From: Burkholderiales bacterium
GTDB lineage: Bacteria > Pseudomonadota > Gammaproteobacteria > Burkholderiales > JBDZVW01
DNA: 64,000 nucleotides
Direction: 5' to 3'
Assembly (NCBI GenBank): GCA_035700525.1
Contig: DASSON010000080.1
Span: 16,041 to 80,040 of the forward strand
Each line of letters starts with the position of its first letter. Positions within the stretch are counted from its first letter, which is position 1. Position numbers and translations under genes: made by a program. Shown here piece after piece: positions 54,283 to 64,000 of this stretch. Under the pieces are notes generated by a model. That model searched no databases and was not told the DNA's origin. It worked only from the letters and a program-made list of their open reading frames with translations.

Positions 54283-54350
54283 ACAAAGCAATGATTTGAC
54301 GAGCCGCGCTGCGGCGGGCAATTTACAGAAACAACGGTTGAGGAATCACT

Positions 54351-56294
54351 ATGGCAAAGATTATCGGTATTGACCTGGGCACCACCAATTCGTGCGTGGC
54401 CGTGATGGAAAACGGCCAGCCCAAGGTGATTGAGAATTCGGAAGGCGCGCGCACCACGCCGTCGATCGTCGCCTACGCCGAAGACGGCGAAATCCTGGTC
54501 GGCGCGTCGGCCAAGCGCCAGGCGGTGACCAACCCGAAGAACACGCTGTTTGCGGTGAAACGGCTGATCGGCCGGCGCTTCGAAGAAAAGGAAGTGCAGA
54601 AAGACGTCGGACTGATGCCGTACCAGATTCTGCGCGCCGACAACGGCGACGCCTGGGTCGAAGTGCGCGGCAAGAAAATCGCGCCGCCGGAGATCTCGGC
54701 GCAGGTGCTGATCAAGATGAAGAAAACCGCCGAGGACTATCTCGGCGAGCCGGTCAGTGAAGCCGTGATCACGGTCCCCGCCTATTTCAACGACTCGCAG
54801 CGCCAGGCAACCAAGGATGCCGGGCGCATTGCCGGCCTCGAGGTCAAGCGCATCATCAACGAGCCGACCGCGGCGGCGCTCGCATTCGGCATGGACAAGA
54901 AGCAGGGCGATCGCAAGGTCGCGGTCTACGATCTGGGCGGCGGCACCTTCGACATCTCGATCATCGAAATCGCCGCGGTCGAGGGCGAGCACCAGTTCGA
55001 AGTGCTGTCGACCAACGGCGACACCTTCCTCGGCGGCGAAGATTTCGATCAGCGCGTGATCGAATATCTGTGCGACGAATTCAAGAAGGAACAGGGGATC
55101 GACCTGCGCAAGGACATGCTGGCGCTGCAGCGCCTGAAGGACGCGGCCGAAAAGGCCAAGATCGAGCTCTCCAGCGCGCAGCAGACCGACGTCAACCTGC
55201 CGTACATCACGGCCGACAGCTCGGGACCGAAGCATCTCGCGGTCAAGATCACGCGTGCCAAGTTCGAAAGCCTGGTCGAGGATCTGATCGAGCGCACCAT
55301 CGAGCCGTGTCGTACCGCGGTCAAGGACGCAGGCATCAAAATTTCCGACATCGAGGACGTGATCCTGGTCGGCGGCCAGACGCGCATGCCGAAAGTGCAG
55401 GAAAAAGTGCGCGAATTCTTCGGCAAGGACCCGCGCAAGGACGTCAATCCGGACGAGGCGGTCGCCGTCGGCGCCGCGATTCAGGGCGGCGTGCTGAAGG
55501 GCGACGTCAAGGACGTGCTGCTGCTCGACGTGACGCCGCTGTCGCTCGGCATCGAAACATTGGGCAGCGTGATGACCAAGCTGATCCAGAAGAACACCAC
55601 GATCCCGACCAAGGCGACGCAGGTATTCTCGACCGCCGAAGACAATCAGACCGCGGTGACGATCCATGTGCTGCAGGGCGAGCGCGATGTCGCGTCCGGC
55701 AACAAGAGCCTCGGCCAGTTCAACCTGACCGACATTCCGCCGGCGCCGCGCGGCATGCCGCAGATCGAAGTCACGTTCGACATTGACGCCAACGGTATCC
55801 TGCACGTGTCGGCGAAGGACAAGGCGACCGGCAAGGAAAGCAAGATTACGATCAAGGCCAGCTCCGGGCTGGGCGAGGATGAAATCCAGCGCATGGTGAA
55901 GGATGCCGAGGCGCATGCCGAGGAAGACCGCAAGGCGCTGGAGCTGGTGACCGCCCGCAACCAGTGCGACGCAATGGTGCATTCGACGAAGAAGTCGCTC
56001 GCCGAGCATGGCGACAAGATCAGCAGCGATGAAAAGTCCAGGATCGAGACGGCGCTGAAAAACGCCGAAGAAGCGCTGAAAGGCAACGACAAGGACAAGA
56101 TCGAGGCGGCGACGCAGGCGCTGGCCGAAGCAGCTCACAAGCTTGCCGAAAAGATGTATGCCGAGCAGAATTCGGCGCAGGGCGGAGCCGCCGGCGGCAC
56201 CAACAGCGGTGGCGGCGGCGACAGTGGTGAAAAGACCGACGACGGCAACGTGGTGGATGCCGAATTCGAGGAAATCAAGGACGGCAAGAAGTAA
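54351..56294 (+). CDS. dnaK: Molecular chaperone DnaK (Hsp70)
   Basis: 647 aa: [18 protein letters not shown]..., DLGGGTFD, and the full Hsp70 architecture. Confidence 0.98.
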   Translation: MAKIIGIDLGTTNSCVAVMENGQPKVIENSEGARTTPSIVAYAEDGEILVGASAKRQAVTNPKNTLFAVKRLIGRRFEEKEVQKDVGLMPYQILRADNGDAWVEVRGKKIAPPEISAQVLIKMKKTAEDYLGEPVSEAVITVPAYFNDSQRQATKDAGRIAGLEVKRIINEPTAAALAFGMDKKQGDRKVAVYDLGGGTFDISIIEIAAVEGEHQFEVLSTNGDTFLGGEDFDQRVIEYLCDEFKKEQGIDLRKDMLALQRLKDAAEKAKIELSSAQQTDVNLPYITADSSGPKHLAVKITRAKFESLVEDLIERTIEPCRTAVKDAGIKISDIEDVILVGGQTRMPKVQEKVREFFGKDPRKDVNPDEAVAVGAAIQGGVLKGDVKDVLLLDVTPLSLGIETLGSVMTKLIQKNTTIPTKATQVFSTAEDNQTAVTIHVLQGERDVASGNKSLGQFNLTDIPPAPRGMPQIEVTFDIDANGILHVSAKDKATGKESKITIKASSGLGEDEIQRMVKDAEAHAEEDRKALELVTARNQCDAMVHSTKKSLAEHGDKISSDEKSRIETALKNAEEALKGNDKDKIEAATQALAEAAHKLAEKMYAEQNSAQGGAAGGTNSGGGGDSGEKTDDGNVVDAEFEEIKDGKK

Positions 56295-56322
56295 CTCCCG
56301 CGGAGGGAGCGGCATGAGGCGC

Positions 56323-56348
56323 GGGGTGAAGCGAAATCGCTTCACCCC
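56323..56348 (+). terminator. Hairpin between dnaK and dnaJ (attenuator/partial terminator)
   Basis: GGGGTGAAGCG-AAAT-CGCTTCACCCC, an 11-bp perfect stem 29 nt after the dnaK stop, followed by TT. Confidence 0.5.
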
Positions 56349-56401
56349 TTCGCGCATTTGCGTCTCACAGCCCGCGCAGATTATTCAAACATAGAAGATA
56401 G

Positions 56402-57517
56402 ATGGCCAAACGCGACTACTACGAAATTCTCGGCGTCAATCGCGACGCATCGGAAGATGCGATCCGCAAGGCATACCGCAAGCTGGCGATGAAGTATCAC
56501 CCGGACCGCAATCCGGACAATCCGAAAGCCGAGGAACACTTCAAGGAAGCGAAGGAAGCGTACGAAGTCCTGACCGATCCCAACAAGCGTGTGGCCTACG
56601 ACCAGTATGGTCATGCCGGGGTCGATCCGTCCGCTGCAGCAGGCGCCGGCGCCGGTTTCGGCAGTTTCGCCGAAGCCTTCGGCGACATCTTCGGCGACAT
56701 CTTCGGCAGCGGGCGCGGGCGCTCGAACGTCTACCGCGGCGCCGACCTGCGCTACAATCTCGAGATCTCGCTCGAAGACGCCGCGCGCGGCACCGAAACC
56801 AAGATCCGCATCCCGACGATGGCCGAATGCGCGACGTGCCACGGCAGCGGCGCGCGCCCCGGCACCTCGCCCAGCACGTGCCCCACCTGCGGTGGCCACG
56901 GCCAGGTCCGCATGCAGCAGGGCTTCTTCTCGATTCAGCAGACGTGTCCGAAGTGCCACGGCAGCGGTCGCGTCGTCACCAGCCCGTGCGGCGACTGCCA
57001 CGGCGCCGGACGCATCAAGCAGCACAAGACGCTGTCGGTGCGCATCCCGTCGGGCGTCGATGACGGCGACCGCATCCGGCTCTCCGGTGAAGGCGAGGCC
57101 GGTGTCAACGGCGGCCCGGCGGGCGACCTCTACGTCGTCATCCATATCACGCAGCATGCGGTGTTCACGCGCGATCACAACGACCTGCATTGCGAAATGC
57201 CGATCAGCATCACGACGGCAGCGCTCGGCGGCGAAATCGACATTCCGACGCTCGACAGTTCGGCCAAGATCAAGATTCCGGCGGAAACCCAGACCGGCAA
57301 GATATTCCGGCTGCGCGGCAAGGGCATCAAGGGCATCCGCTCCAGCAGCCGCGGCGATCTGTTGTGCCACGTCGTGGTTGAAACGCCAATCAACCTCACC
57401 GCGCGCCAGCGCGAACTGCTGCTCGAACTGGAGCAGATCAGCCACAGCGACGAAGGCAAGCACACCCCCCGCGCCAAATCATGGATGGACAAGGTAAAAG
57501 AATTTTTTGAACCCTAA
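56402..57517 (+). CDS. dnaJ: Molecular chaperone DnaJ
   Basis: 371 aa. J domain with HPD, a Gly/Phe region, and four CxxCxGxG zinc motifs ([32 protein letters not shown]). Confidence 0.97.
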   Translation: MAKRDYYEILGVNRDASEDAIRKAYRKLAMKYHPDRNPDNPKAEEHFKEAKEAYEVLTDPNKRVAYDQYGHAGVDPSAAAGAGAGFGSFAEAFGDIFGDIFGSGRGRSNVYRGADLRYNLEISLEDAARGTETKIRIPTMAECATCHGSGARPGTSPSTCPTCGGHGQVRMQQGFFSIQQTCPKCHGSGRVVTSPCGDCHGAGRIKQHKTLSVRIPSGVDDGDRIRLSGEGEAGVNGGPAGDLYVVIHITQHAVFTRDHNDLHCEMPISITTAALGGEIDIPTLDSSAKIKIPAETQTGKIFRLRGKGIKGIRSSSRGDLLCHVVVETPINLTARQRELLLELEQISHSDEGKHTPRAKSWMDKVKEFFEP

Positions 57518-57776
57518 AAATTCTTTACTTGCGGCGGAGGCTAACATGCGTAGCGTGTTAAGCCGCGCAGCGGCGGCCGGAGCCACAAGTCCCGGAATTC
57601 TGAACCCTAAAAAATTCTTTGCTTGCGGCGGAGGCTAACGTTTGCAACGCAAACGTTAAGCGCCTGTGGCGCGGGCCGGAGCCACAAGCCCCCGAGAATT
57701 CTTCGAACCTTGAAGAATTTCTTGACCTTGTGGCGCAGGCCAAGCTGCGCAGCAGGTTAAGCCCGTAGCGGCAGCC
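57500..57776 (+). repeat. Tandem array of about 95-100 nt structured repeats (two good units plus one degenerate) starting inside the dnaJ 3' end
   Basis: Block 57508-57545 is nearly identical to 57601-57639 (one indel, one substitution). GGCCGGAGCCACAAG occurs at 57575-57589 and 57674-57688. A unit-specific hairpin lies between the blocks. Third, degenerate unit at about 57712-57776. Confidence 0.8.
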
Positions 57777-57840
57777 TTTTCGGGGCGGCGATAAAAGCGT
57801 AGCGTGTAAATCGGGCCGCAACGGGGCTGGAGAAACGGCA

Positions 57841-58467
57841 ATGTCATGGTACGCGGACCATGTGTTTCCGCATCTGATGGACTGGACAATGCGCACCCCG
57901 CGCGTTCGCACGGAGCGCACCGCTGCCCTGCTTCCGGCATCTGGTCACGTACTCGAGATCGGTTTCGGCACCGGCCTCAATCTGCCGTGCTATCCGCGTG
58001 CGGTGACGCGGCTCACCGCGCTCGAACCCGCGACATTGCTGGAGTCGCGGGTCGCGCGGCGTATTGCGGACGCCGCGATGCCGGTGGAGCTGGTACGGCG
58101 TGGCGCCGAAACGCTGCCGTTCGAAAACGGCCGCTTCGATTGCGTGGTCAGCACGTTCACGCTGTGCACCATAGCCGATGCGCGCGCCGCGCTGTGTGAA
58201 ATCCGGCGCGTGCTGAAACCGGACGGGCGGTTCATATTTCTCGAACACGGCCGCAGCGACGATGCGCGGACGGCGCGCTGGCAGGACCGTCTCAACCCGA
58301 TCCAGCGCGTCGTCGGCTGCGGCTGCAATCTCAATCGCCGGATCGACCTTCTGATCAGCGCCGGTGGTCTCGGCATCCGGCAGCTCGACCGTTACCTGCT
58401 GCAGGGCGTGCCGCGCGTCGGCGGCGAACTCTATCGTGGCGTTGCCGTTCCGGCAGACGCCGCCTGA
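57841..58467 (+). CDS. Class I SAM-dependent methyltransferase
   Basis: 208 aa with motif I VLEIGFGTGLN and the Methyltransf_11-like pattern (RVLKPDGRFIFLEH). Confidence 0.75.
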   Translation: MSWYADHVFPHLMDWTMRTPRVRTERTAALLPASGHVLEIGFGTGLNLPCYPRAVTRLTALEPATLLESRVARRIADAAMPVELVRRGAETLPFENGRFDCVVSTFTLCTIADARAALCEIRRVLKPDGRFIFLEHGRSDDARTARWQDRLNPIQRVVGCGCNLNRRIDLLISAGGLGIRQLDRYLLQGVPRVGGELYRGVAVPADAA

Positions 58468-58605
58468 ACCCGCGCCGCAACCGTCTGTTCCCCTGCCGGG
58501 CGCGCACGGTTGGAACCGCTGCCAGGGAACATCGGGCGGCGGCCGACTTCCCGGTTCGTGGCAGGCCGCCCGTAATGGGGACGCCACACCACACACGTCC
58601 GTTGC

Positions 58606-58633
58606 TTGACACCTCCCGCCGACGGCGTAATGT
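58606..58633 (+). promoter_or_regulatory. Candidate sigma-70 promoter for the TPR gene
   Basis: TTGACA (58606-58611), a 16-nt spacer, TAATGT (58628-58633). Followed by the 5'-UTR hairpin GGGAACGC-agaatcg-GCGTTCCC. Confidence 0.35.
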
Positions 58634-58699
58634 AATTCGAATCCGCTCTCGTGGGGGAACGCAGAATCGGCGTTCCCGGCTCAAGGTGGGGGATGTCAC

Positions 58700-59926
58700 A
58701 TGGCCGATATCCGTGGTTGGGCCGCCGGTTTGTATGCGGCATTTCTAATCTGCCAGCCGGCAGCAGCGGCCGCCGCACACCCGCTGTCTCACGGCAGCCA
58801 CCCGGCTGCGCCACAGTCATCGGCACCGGCCAACGCCGATGACATGCCGGCACTCAACCGTGCGTTCAAGGCGCTGACCGATGCGGCGGACCAGGACAAG
58901 ATCGATACGGTCCGCACCGCGACGCAGACCATTATCCACACCCTCGGCACCAGCGTGCTGGTGCCGCATGAACTGATCTCGGTGGCACGCGAGCTTGCCC
59001 AGCGCGGCCAGCTTGCAGCAGCGCAGGCGGTACTGGAGCCGACGATCAGCGCCTATCCCGAACGCGCCGACGCGGTCGCCCTGCTCGGCCATGTCGACCT
59101 GATCATGGGAAAATATCACCGTGCGATAGACCATCTGCGTGCGGCGCTGGATGCAGGCGTCGACTGGCGCACCGCATCGCGCCTCGGCCTCGCTTATGAA
59201 CTGGCCGGGAACATTCCGGCGGCGCGCGCCGCACTCGATCGTGCTTATCGCATGGATCCGTGGCTGCACGACCTCAAGTTCGAACAGGCGCTGCTCATGC
59301 TCTACAGCAACAAAGCCGCCGCGGTGCACGGGCTGCGCCTCTATATCCAGCAGTATCGGGAACTGGATCACGGCATCGAAAGCGATTCCGCGCAGCAGGT
59401 GCTCGACGCGCTGACGGCCAAACAGGAAGCCGCGGCCCTGGTCAAGGCCGCCACCGGCCTTGTTGCGGCGAACGCGGCACCATTTGTGCTGCCGATCGCC
59501 GCGTATCTGCAGCACCTGGACGCGCACAGCGCACAACCCTACCTTCTGCGCGCGCTATTTTTTCATGCGTTGCACATGACTCCGCAGGAACGCGACGAAT
59601 GGAGCAAGGCGTTCGTCCATCTTTCCGCAGCACACGACCCGCGTGCCGAAACGGCGCTTCGCAGCGGCGTTTCGCTGAGCCTGCAGCTGAACAACGCGAA
59701 GCAGGCGCGCACATTGCTCGACCGGGGCAAGCGTTACGCTGCCGCGGGCTGGTATCAATATGCGTACGGGCGCACGCTGGATGCGCTGGGACGGCACGCG
59801 CAGGCAAAGAAGCGCTTCCAGACCTGCGCCCGCAGTCGGGCGATCACCGAAAACTGGCGCCGGCGTTGCGAAGACGCGGGCAACGGCATGGCGCCGCATG
59901 AAGCCGGAAAATATACCGGCACCTGA
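58700..59926 (+). CDS. Secreted TPR-like repeat protein
   Basis: 408 aa. N-terminal hydrophobic/Ala-rich signal-like segment and helical repeats rich in A/L/Y/R (for example AIDHLRAALDAG...LGLAYELAGNIPAARAALDRAYRMDP). Confidence 0.6.
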   Translation: MADIRGWAAGLYAAFLICQPAAAAAAHPLSHGSHPAAPQSSAPANADDMPALNRAFKALTDAADQDKIDTVRTATQTIIHTLGTSVLVPHELISVARELAQRGQLAAAQAVLEPTISAYPERADAVALLGHVDLIMGKYHRAIDHLRAALDAGVDWRTASRLGLAYELAGNIPAARAALDRAYRMDPWLHDLKFEQALLMLYSNKAAAVHGLRLYIQQYRELDHGIESDSAQQVLDALTAKQEAAALVKAATGLVAANAAPFVLPIAAYLQHLDAHSAQPYLLRALFFHALHMTPQERDEWSKAFVHLSAAHDPRAETALRSGVSLSLQLNNAKQARTLLDRGKRYAAAGWYQYAYGRTLDALGRHAQAKKRFQTCARSRAITENWRRRCEDAGNGMAPHEAGKYTGT

Positions 59927-59992
59927 ACGCCATTCAGCACTGCCGCGTCGCGCCATCCTCCCGGGTATCGCGACCGCCGATAGTCACGAAAA

Positions 59993-61021
59993 TCATTTCT
60001 TTTTTCTGCTTGCGGAAATGATGCTACGGTAACGGTCGGCAAGCTTGACCATGTTGTCAGCGTATTTCGCGCACACCTCGCGATCGCCATACTGGATCGC
60101 GGCCCACGGTGCCTTCGTCTTCGCATACACTTTCTTGTATTCGGGGTCGGTGAACACCGCTTTGGCGGTGGCGTTGAGCTTCTCGAATCGCTGCGGATAT
60201 CGCTTCGGCACGTCGGCATGAATTGCCCATGCGCGCGATGATGGCAGGTCCGGAATGTGAGTGCCGAACACCTTGTTCACCGACGGCGCACCGCCCATCT
60301 GGTCGGCCAGCTTGTTTTCATCGCTGAACACGCCCAGCACGCGCACCTGGTCGCCGATACGGATTGCCACACCGGAGCTTGCGGTACCGCACTGTGCTTC
60401 CCCGGTGATGACGGCGCTCACGGCAGGGTTGCTTCCACCGTACGGCACCAGGTTGAATTTCGCGCCGGTCGCCTCGGCCAATGCCAGCATGCCGATCGAC
60501 GCCGGATGCGGCAGCCGGCTGGTTGCCACCGGCACCGTCTGCTGCTTCGCGTGCGCCACCAGATCCTTCAGTGTCTTGAACGGACTGTTCTTCGCCACAA
60601 AGACGACGTTGTCGTCAACATCAACGCGGCAGAAGTAAATGTAGTCCTGCGGATACTGGTACGGCGGCTTCTGCACCACGTACATGATCGTCTCCGGCCC
60701 CATGTTGCCGAACAACAGGTTGTAGCCATCGTGCGCACGCTTGCCGAGATACACTTCATACCCGACCTCGCCTGACGCACCGGGATAGAACTTGAACTCG
60801 AATTTGGCGCCGATATGATTCGACCATATGTCGCAGAACGTGCGTGCCAGCCGGTCGGCCGAACCGCCTTCACGCGTCGGAACGACGACACTCAGATTGT
60901 GGTCAGGGAAATTTCCGGCTGCCGTCGCGCGCTGCAGCGGCGCCAGCCCCAAGCCCACCGCGACCGCAGTCGACGTTTTCAGAAAGTCCCGGCGGGTGGC
61001 CGGTTTTTTGATTTCAGACAT
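59993..61021 (-). CDS. Bug/TctC-family (tripartite tricarboxylate transporter) substrate-binding protein
   Basis: ORF 59993..61291 trimmed to the ATG at 61021 behind a GGAGGA RBS. MSEIKKPATRRDFLKTSTAVAVGLGL is a Tat signal. VVVPTREGGSADRLAR and LVPYGGSNPAVSAVITGEAQ resemble Bug-family motifs. Confidence 0.7.
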   Translation of the reverse strand: MSEIKKPATRRDFLKTSTAVAVGLGLAPLQRATAAGNFPDHNLSVVVPTREGGSADRLARTFCDIWSNHIGAKFEFKFYPGASGEVGYEVYLGKRAHDGYNLLFGNMGPETIMYVVQKPPYQYPQDYIYFCRVDVDDNVVFVAKNSPFKTLKDLVAHAKQQTVPVATSRLPHPASIGMLALAEATGAKFNLVPYGGSNPAVSAVITGEAQCGTASSGVAIRIGDQVRVLGVFSDENKLADQMGGAPSVNKVFGTHIPDLPSSRAWAIHADVPKRYPQRFEKLNATAKAVFTDPEYKKVYAKTKAPWAAIQYGDREVCAKYADNMVKLADRYRSIISASRKKK

Positions 61022-61044
61022 GATGTCCTCCATTTTTCGATGAT

Positions 61045-61950
61045 TTACACATCGCCGCGCTCGGGCATCGTCAGAAACGCGTGCATCACGTGCCAGAACC
61101 GATGACGGTTGACGCCGATAGGCGCGACATGAGCCTGGCCCGGCAGGATCACGAACTGCTTGTCCTTGTTGGGCAGCGCCTGATAAAACGCCAGCAAATC
61201 CTCCTCGGTCGCAATGCCATCGTGTTCGCCCCGTATGATCAGCACCGGGCACAGCACCTGTCGCGGATCGACAATCGGCAGGTTGGCGCACATGTCGATA
61301 TAAGTACCGGTCGGCACCGAATCACCATACTGCAGCTCGGCGTCGGCGAGTGCGTTGATCACGGCATCCTCGTACATACCCGGCTTGTCACGATTCAAAA
61401 TGTTATGGAAGAATGCGCGGTCAATCGGGCGCGCATGATGGCTGCGGAACCAGGGCAGTTTTTCGCGGCGCTGCGCCAGCGTCGGCGAGCCGGTACCGGT
61501 CCACACCAGTGCGGCCAGCACCAGCCGCTCGGCACGCTCGGGACACGCGGCGGCAAAGGCCGCCACGCGCAAGGCGCCGGAAGACTGACCATAAAACGCG
61601 AAACGCGAACTCCCGGTCTCACGTTCGACAAGCGCAGTACCCGCCCGCAGATCCTCGACGCCGCTTGCAATGTCGGAATTGCATGAGGTACGTGACGAAC
61701 GGCCATAGCCTTCGTGATCCATCGTCCACACATCGAATCCGTATCCGGCAAAGCGGTCCATCAACGAATAATCGGATCGTCCGGGCACCGTCAGATCGAA
61801 GGCGGAACGCCCGCAGTACGACGAACCATGCACCAGGAACAGTACCGGACGACGCCCATGGCCTGCCGCCCCGGTGAGGCGCTTGCGGTAGAGATACAAC
61901 TCCACATCGCCTTTTTTCGCCCAGTACTCACTGCTCTCGACTTCAGCCAT
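61045..61950 (-). CDS. Alpha/beta hydrolase
   Basis: ORF 61045..62130 trimmed to the ATG at 61950 behind an AAGGAGA RBS (MAEVESSEYWAKKG). HG oxyanion motif LVHGSS, nucleophile elbow GQSSG, C-terminal His (GQAHV). Confidence 0.75.
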   Translation of the reverse strand: MAEVESSEYWAKKGDVELYLYRKRLTGAAGHGRRPVLFLVHGSSYCGRSAFDLTVPGRSDYSLMDRFAGYGFDVWTMDHEGYGRSSRTSCNSDIASGVEDLRAGTALVERETGSSRFAFYGQSSGALRVAAFAAACPERAERLVLAALVWTGTGSPTLAQRREKLPWFRSHHARPIDRAFFHNILNRDKPGMYEDAVINALADAELQYGDSVPTGTYIDMCANLPIVDPRQVLCPVLIIRGEHDGIATEEDLLAFYQALPNKDKQFVILPGQAHVAPIGVNRHRFWHVMHAFLTMPERGDV

Positions 61951-62175
61951 TGGTCGTTCCATCTCCTTTTGATTACCCGGCCTTCGCGGCATTGAAATCC
62001 GGGGTGCCCGGGAACGGTGATGGGTGCGATATGTCTTCGCGACCAGCCGGAAATCATTGCCGCTGTAAATGAACGCAGCGCGACCAGGCGGCGGCGCCCG
62101 CATGGAGCCGTGTTGCTGCGGGCACCGCAACGTGCTGCCGATCGTCCGGCTGCCGGAAGATCGCGGTTCAGCGCA

Positions 62176-63315
62176 TCAGAACACGTGAGTCATCGTCAGG
62201 CCGTAGACGGTCTGATCCTGACCGATGTTCTGCACCGCCTGCTCCTGAAAGTAGCCGGCGTTGTCGTCATTGTTCAGCCGTGCATACGTGAGCGTGACCA
62301 ACGTGCGCTTGGAGAACTTGTAGCCGTAGCGCAGCGCCCACATGTTGGCCCCGGTGTTGCCCGCGCCATCGTTGCCGACCACGCCCCCGAACGTGCCGAC
62401 TTGCGAGCCGCTGGTGTCGTTCGCCTTGATGTACTCGACATGCAGACTGTGCGGCCCACTGATGTGCCAGTCGCCGAACACCCCCCACGCATTGCGCTTG
62501 GTGTCCCCGCTGCCGGCTGCGACATCATCGGAGAACTTCAGGTGCTCATAGGTCAGCCCCACCCGGAACACCTTCGCGAACTTGTAGGCACCGCTGATAT
62601 TCCACCCGTCGTCGCTGCTGCCTTCGCGCGCAAAGTCCTTGTGCTTCTCGTAGCCCAGCCCCACCCGGATCGGGCCATTGTGGTAGTCCAGCGCCAGCGA
62701 ATACAGCCGCGGGCTGCCGTTCACCGTGTCGGGCGTGTTCACGCCGCCGATGGTGTCCTTGCCGCGATTATCCGACACCGCGCCACTGATCTGAAGGCCG
62801 CCGAACCTCGGGCTGTCATACCAGATCAACCCCTTGTGCCGACGGGAAAAGCTGTACACGCCGCCATCGTTGCCATTGGTCGTCGTGTCGTTGCCGATGA
62901 TCGCCTGCACGCCGCCGATGTCGGTGCGGCCAAATGACTGCCATTTTCCGGAACCGCCGTTGATGCGCTTGTACGGGGTATCCCATTGCCCGACACCGAA
63001 CAATCCCCAGTCGCCCTTGAGCCCGATGCCGGTATTGCGGTCGGTCCACTTGCGATCGGCACCATCAAGCGGGAAAGTCTGCTCCAACTGGAACCATGCC
63101 GCGTTGCCACTGCCCAGATCTTCGGTGCCCTTGACCCCAATGGCCGAACTGCCGGGATTGAACACCGCGTCCCCGGCGTTGGTGCCATTGCCCGAATCAA
63201 TGTGCGCATACCCCACCCGCGCCTTGCCGTAAATCTGCACCGTGCTCTTCGCCGATGCCACCAGCGGTACTGCACAAGCTCCCGCTACTGCCAGTATGAT
63301 CAGCTTTCTCTTCAT
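62176..63315 (-). CDS. Outer-membrane general porin (Gram-negative porin family)
   Basis: ORF 62176..63390 trimmed to the ATG at 63315 (MKRKLIILAVAGACAVPLVASA signal peptide). Alternating beta-strand pattern, C-terminal ...GLTMTHVF with a terminal Phe. Confidence 0.85.
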   Translation of the reverse strand: MKRKLIILAVAGACAVPLVASAKSTVQIYGKARVGYAHIDSGNGTNAGDAVFNPGSSAIGVKGTEDLGSGNAAWFQLEQTFPLDGADRKWTDRNTGIGLKGDWGLFGVGQWDTPYKRINGGSGKWQSFGRTDIGGVQAIIGNDTTTNGNDGGVYSFSRRHKGLIWYDSPRFGGLQISGAVSDNRGKDTIGGVNTPDTVNGSPRLYSLALDYHNGPIRVGLGYEKHKDFAREGSSDDGWNISGAYKFAKVFRVGLTYEHLKFSDDVAAGSGDTKRNAWGVFGDWHISGPHSLHVEYIKANDTSGSQVGTFGGVVGNDGAGNTGANMWALRYGYKFSKRTLVTLTYARLNNDDNAGYFQEQAVQNIGQDQTVYGLTMTHVF

Positions 63316-63497
63316 CGATTGCGCCCTCTTTAAGGTTTCATCACTGGAGAAGTTATTCTCCGCCTCCATGGATGCCGCCCCCCTTCTCAAGAGATTGACT
63401 CCATTTGCTGCTTGCCCGATTCAAGGCCGTCGGCCTGTCCCGGGCGCCTCGGAAGATCCGTCGAAATTTCGCGACGGATCGCTCCTGTGCTTCCGCG

Positions 63498-64000
63498 CTA
63501 AGTGCCGTAGTGAACGGTCAGGTCACCGACGCCGTCGACATGGCCGTCGAGCCGGTCGCCACGCTGCACCCGCCCCACACCGGCCGGCGTCCCGGTGAAG
63601 ATCATGTCCCCAGCCTCCAGCCGCACCAGCCGCGACAAATACGCGATCTGCTCCTCCACCCGCCAGATCTGCTGGTTCAGGTCCCCGTGCTGCTTTACCT
63701 CCCCGTTGACCTTCAGCCAGATCGCCCCCTTGTCCGGATGACCAATCTGCCCCGCCGGCTGCAGCGCCGTGATCGGCGCCGAGTTGTCGAACCCCTTGCC
63801 CATCTCCCACGGCCGCCCCATCTTCTTCGCCTGCCCCTGCAGGTCGCGCCGCGTCATGTCCAGCCCCACCCCGTAGCCATACACACAGTCGAGCGCCTGC
63901 TCCACCGCAATGTCCGCCCCGCCGCTCTTCAGCGCCACCACCAGCTCGATCTCGTGCTGCAGGTCCTCCGTGGCCGGCGGATACGGCACCGTCGCCCCCG
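63498..64000 (-). CDS. Fumarylacetoacetate hydrolase (FAH) family protein, C-terminal part (5' end beyond the window)
   Basis: ...[13 protein letters not shown]...[14 protein letters not shown]...[15 protein letters not shown]...[13 protein letters not shown] matches the FAH-family catalytic domain. The reading frame is open to the window edge. Confidence 0.8.
   Translation of the reverse strand, partial: GATVPYPPATEDLQHEIELVVALKSGGADIAVEQALDCVYGYGVGLDMTRRDLQGQAKKMGRPWEMGKGFDNSAPITALQPAGQIGHPDKGAIWLKVNGEVKQHGDLNQQIWRVEEQIAYLSRLVRLEAGDMIFTGTPAGVGRVQRGDRLDGHVDGVGDLTVHYGT

Noticed and set aside
54276-56357. 693-aa ORF antisense to dnaK
   Set aside because: It is fully nested opposite a certain gene in a high-GC region where stop codons are rare on the antisense strand. 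The product is Arg/Ala/Leu-rich low-information sequence with no recognisable motif.
61022-61291. Upstream extensions of the Bug-family ORF (to 61291), the hydrolase ORF (to 62130) and the porin ORF (to 63390)
   Set aside because: Internal ATGs preceded by good RBSs give proper N-termini: a Tat signal, a typical hydrolase start and a Sec signal peptide. The extensions overlap neighbouring genes or spacers.

Overview
High-GC chromosomal segment whose gene content and order look betaproteobacterial. That placement is an inference from synteny and protein sequences, and I cannot name the species. Most of the window is conserved housekeeping sequence. On the minus strand: nuoEDCBA, tRNA-Leu(GAG), secG and tpiA at the left edge, then glmM-folP-ftsH-rlmE, a DUF4149 gene, greA, carB-carA, dapB-bamE, recN and nadK. 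On the plus strand: yhbY, fur, hrcA, hemH and grpE-dnaK-dnaJ. Regulated transport modules sit between these blocks: pstSCAB-phoU; a kdp operon with the non-canonical order kdpF-(miniORF)-kdpA-kdpC-kdpB-kdpD-kdpE; an MsbA-like ABC exporter; phoR-phoB; and an atypical Nramp. An accessory stretch at about 4.8-15 kb carries a cytochrome b561 gene, a tightly coupled four-gene operon (BlaI-family repressor, short M56 BlaR1-like protease, RND adaptor, RND pump), a PxPV-repeat secreted protein with a His/Asp tail, a decayed second cytochrome b561 copy, a PAP2 phosphatase and an MFS transporter. The right end holds a methyltransferase, a TPR protein, a Bug/TctC-type binding protein, an alpha/beta hydrolase, a porin and a partial FAH-family gene. 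I saw no rRNA, CRISPR array, cas gene, transposase or integrase. The most unusual signal is non-coding. Five copies of an 80-105 nt palindromic element have arms built from tandem heptamers (GTRAGGN)n and (CCTYACN)n around an asymmetric GC-rich core. The core occurs in both orientations. Each copy fills an intergenic spacer almost exactly, often ending within 1-9 nt of a start codon, and one copy supplies the last codons of recN. A second, unrelated array of about 95-nt structured tandem repeats begins inside the last codons of dnaJ. Many long ORFs in the track are antisense or alternate-frame artefacts of high GC and were not called.
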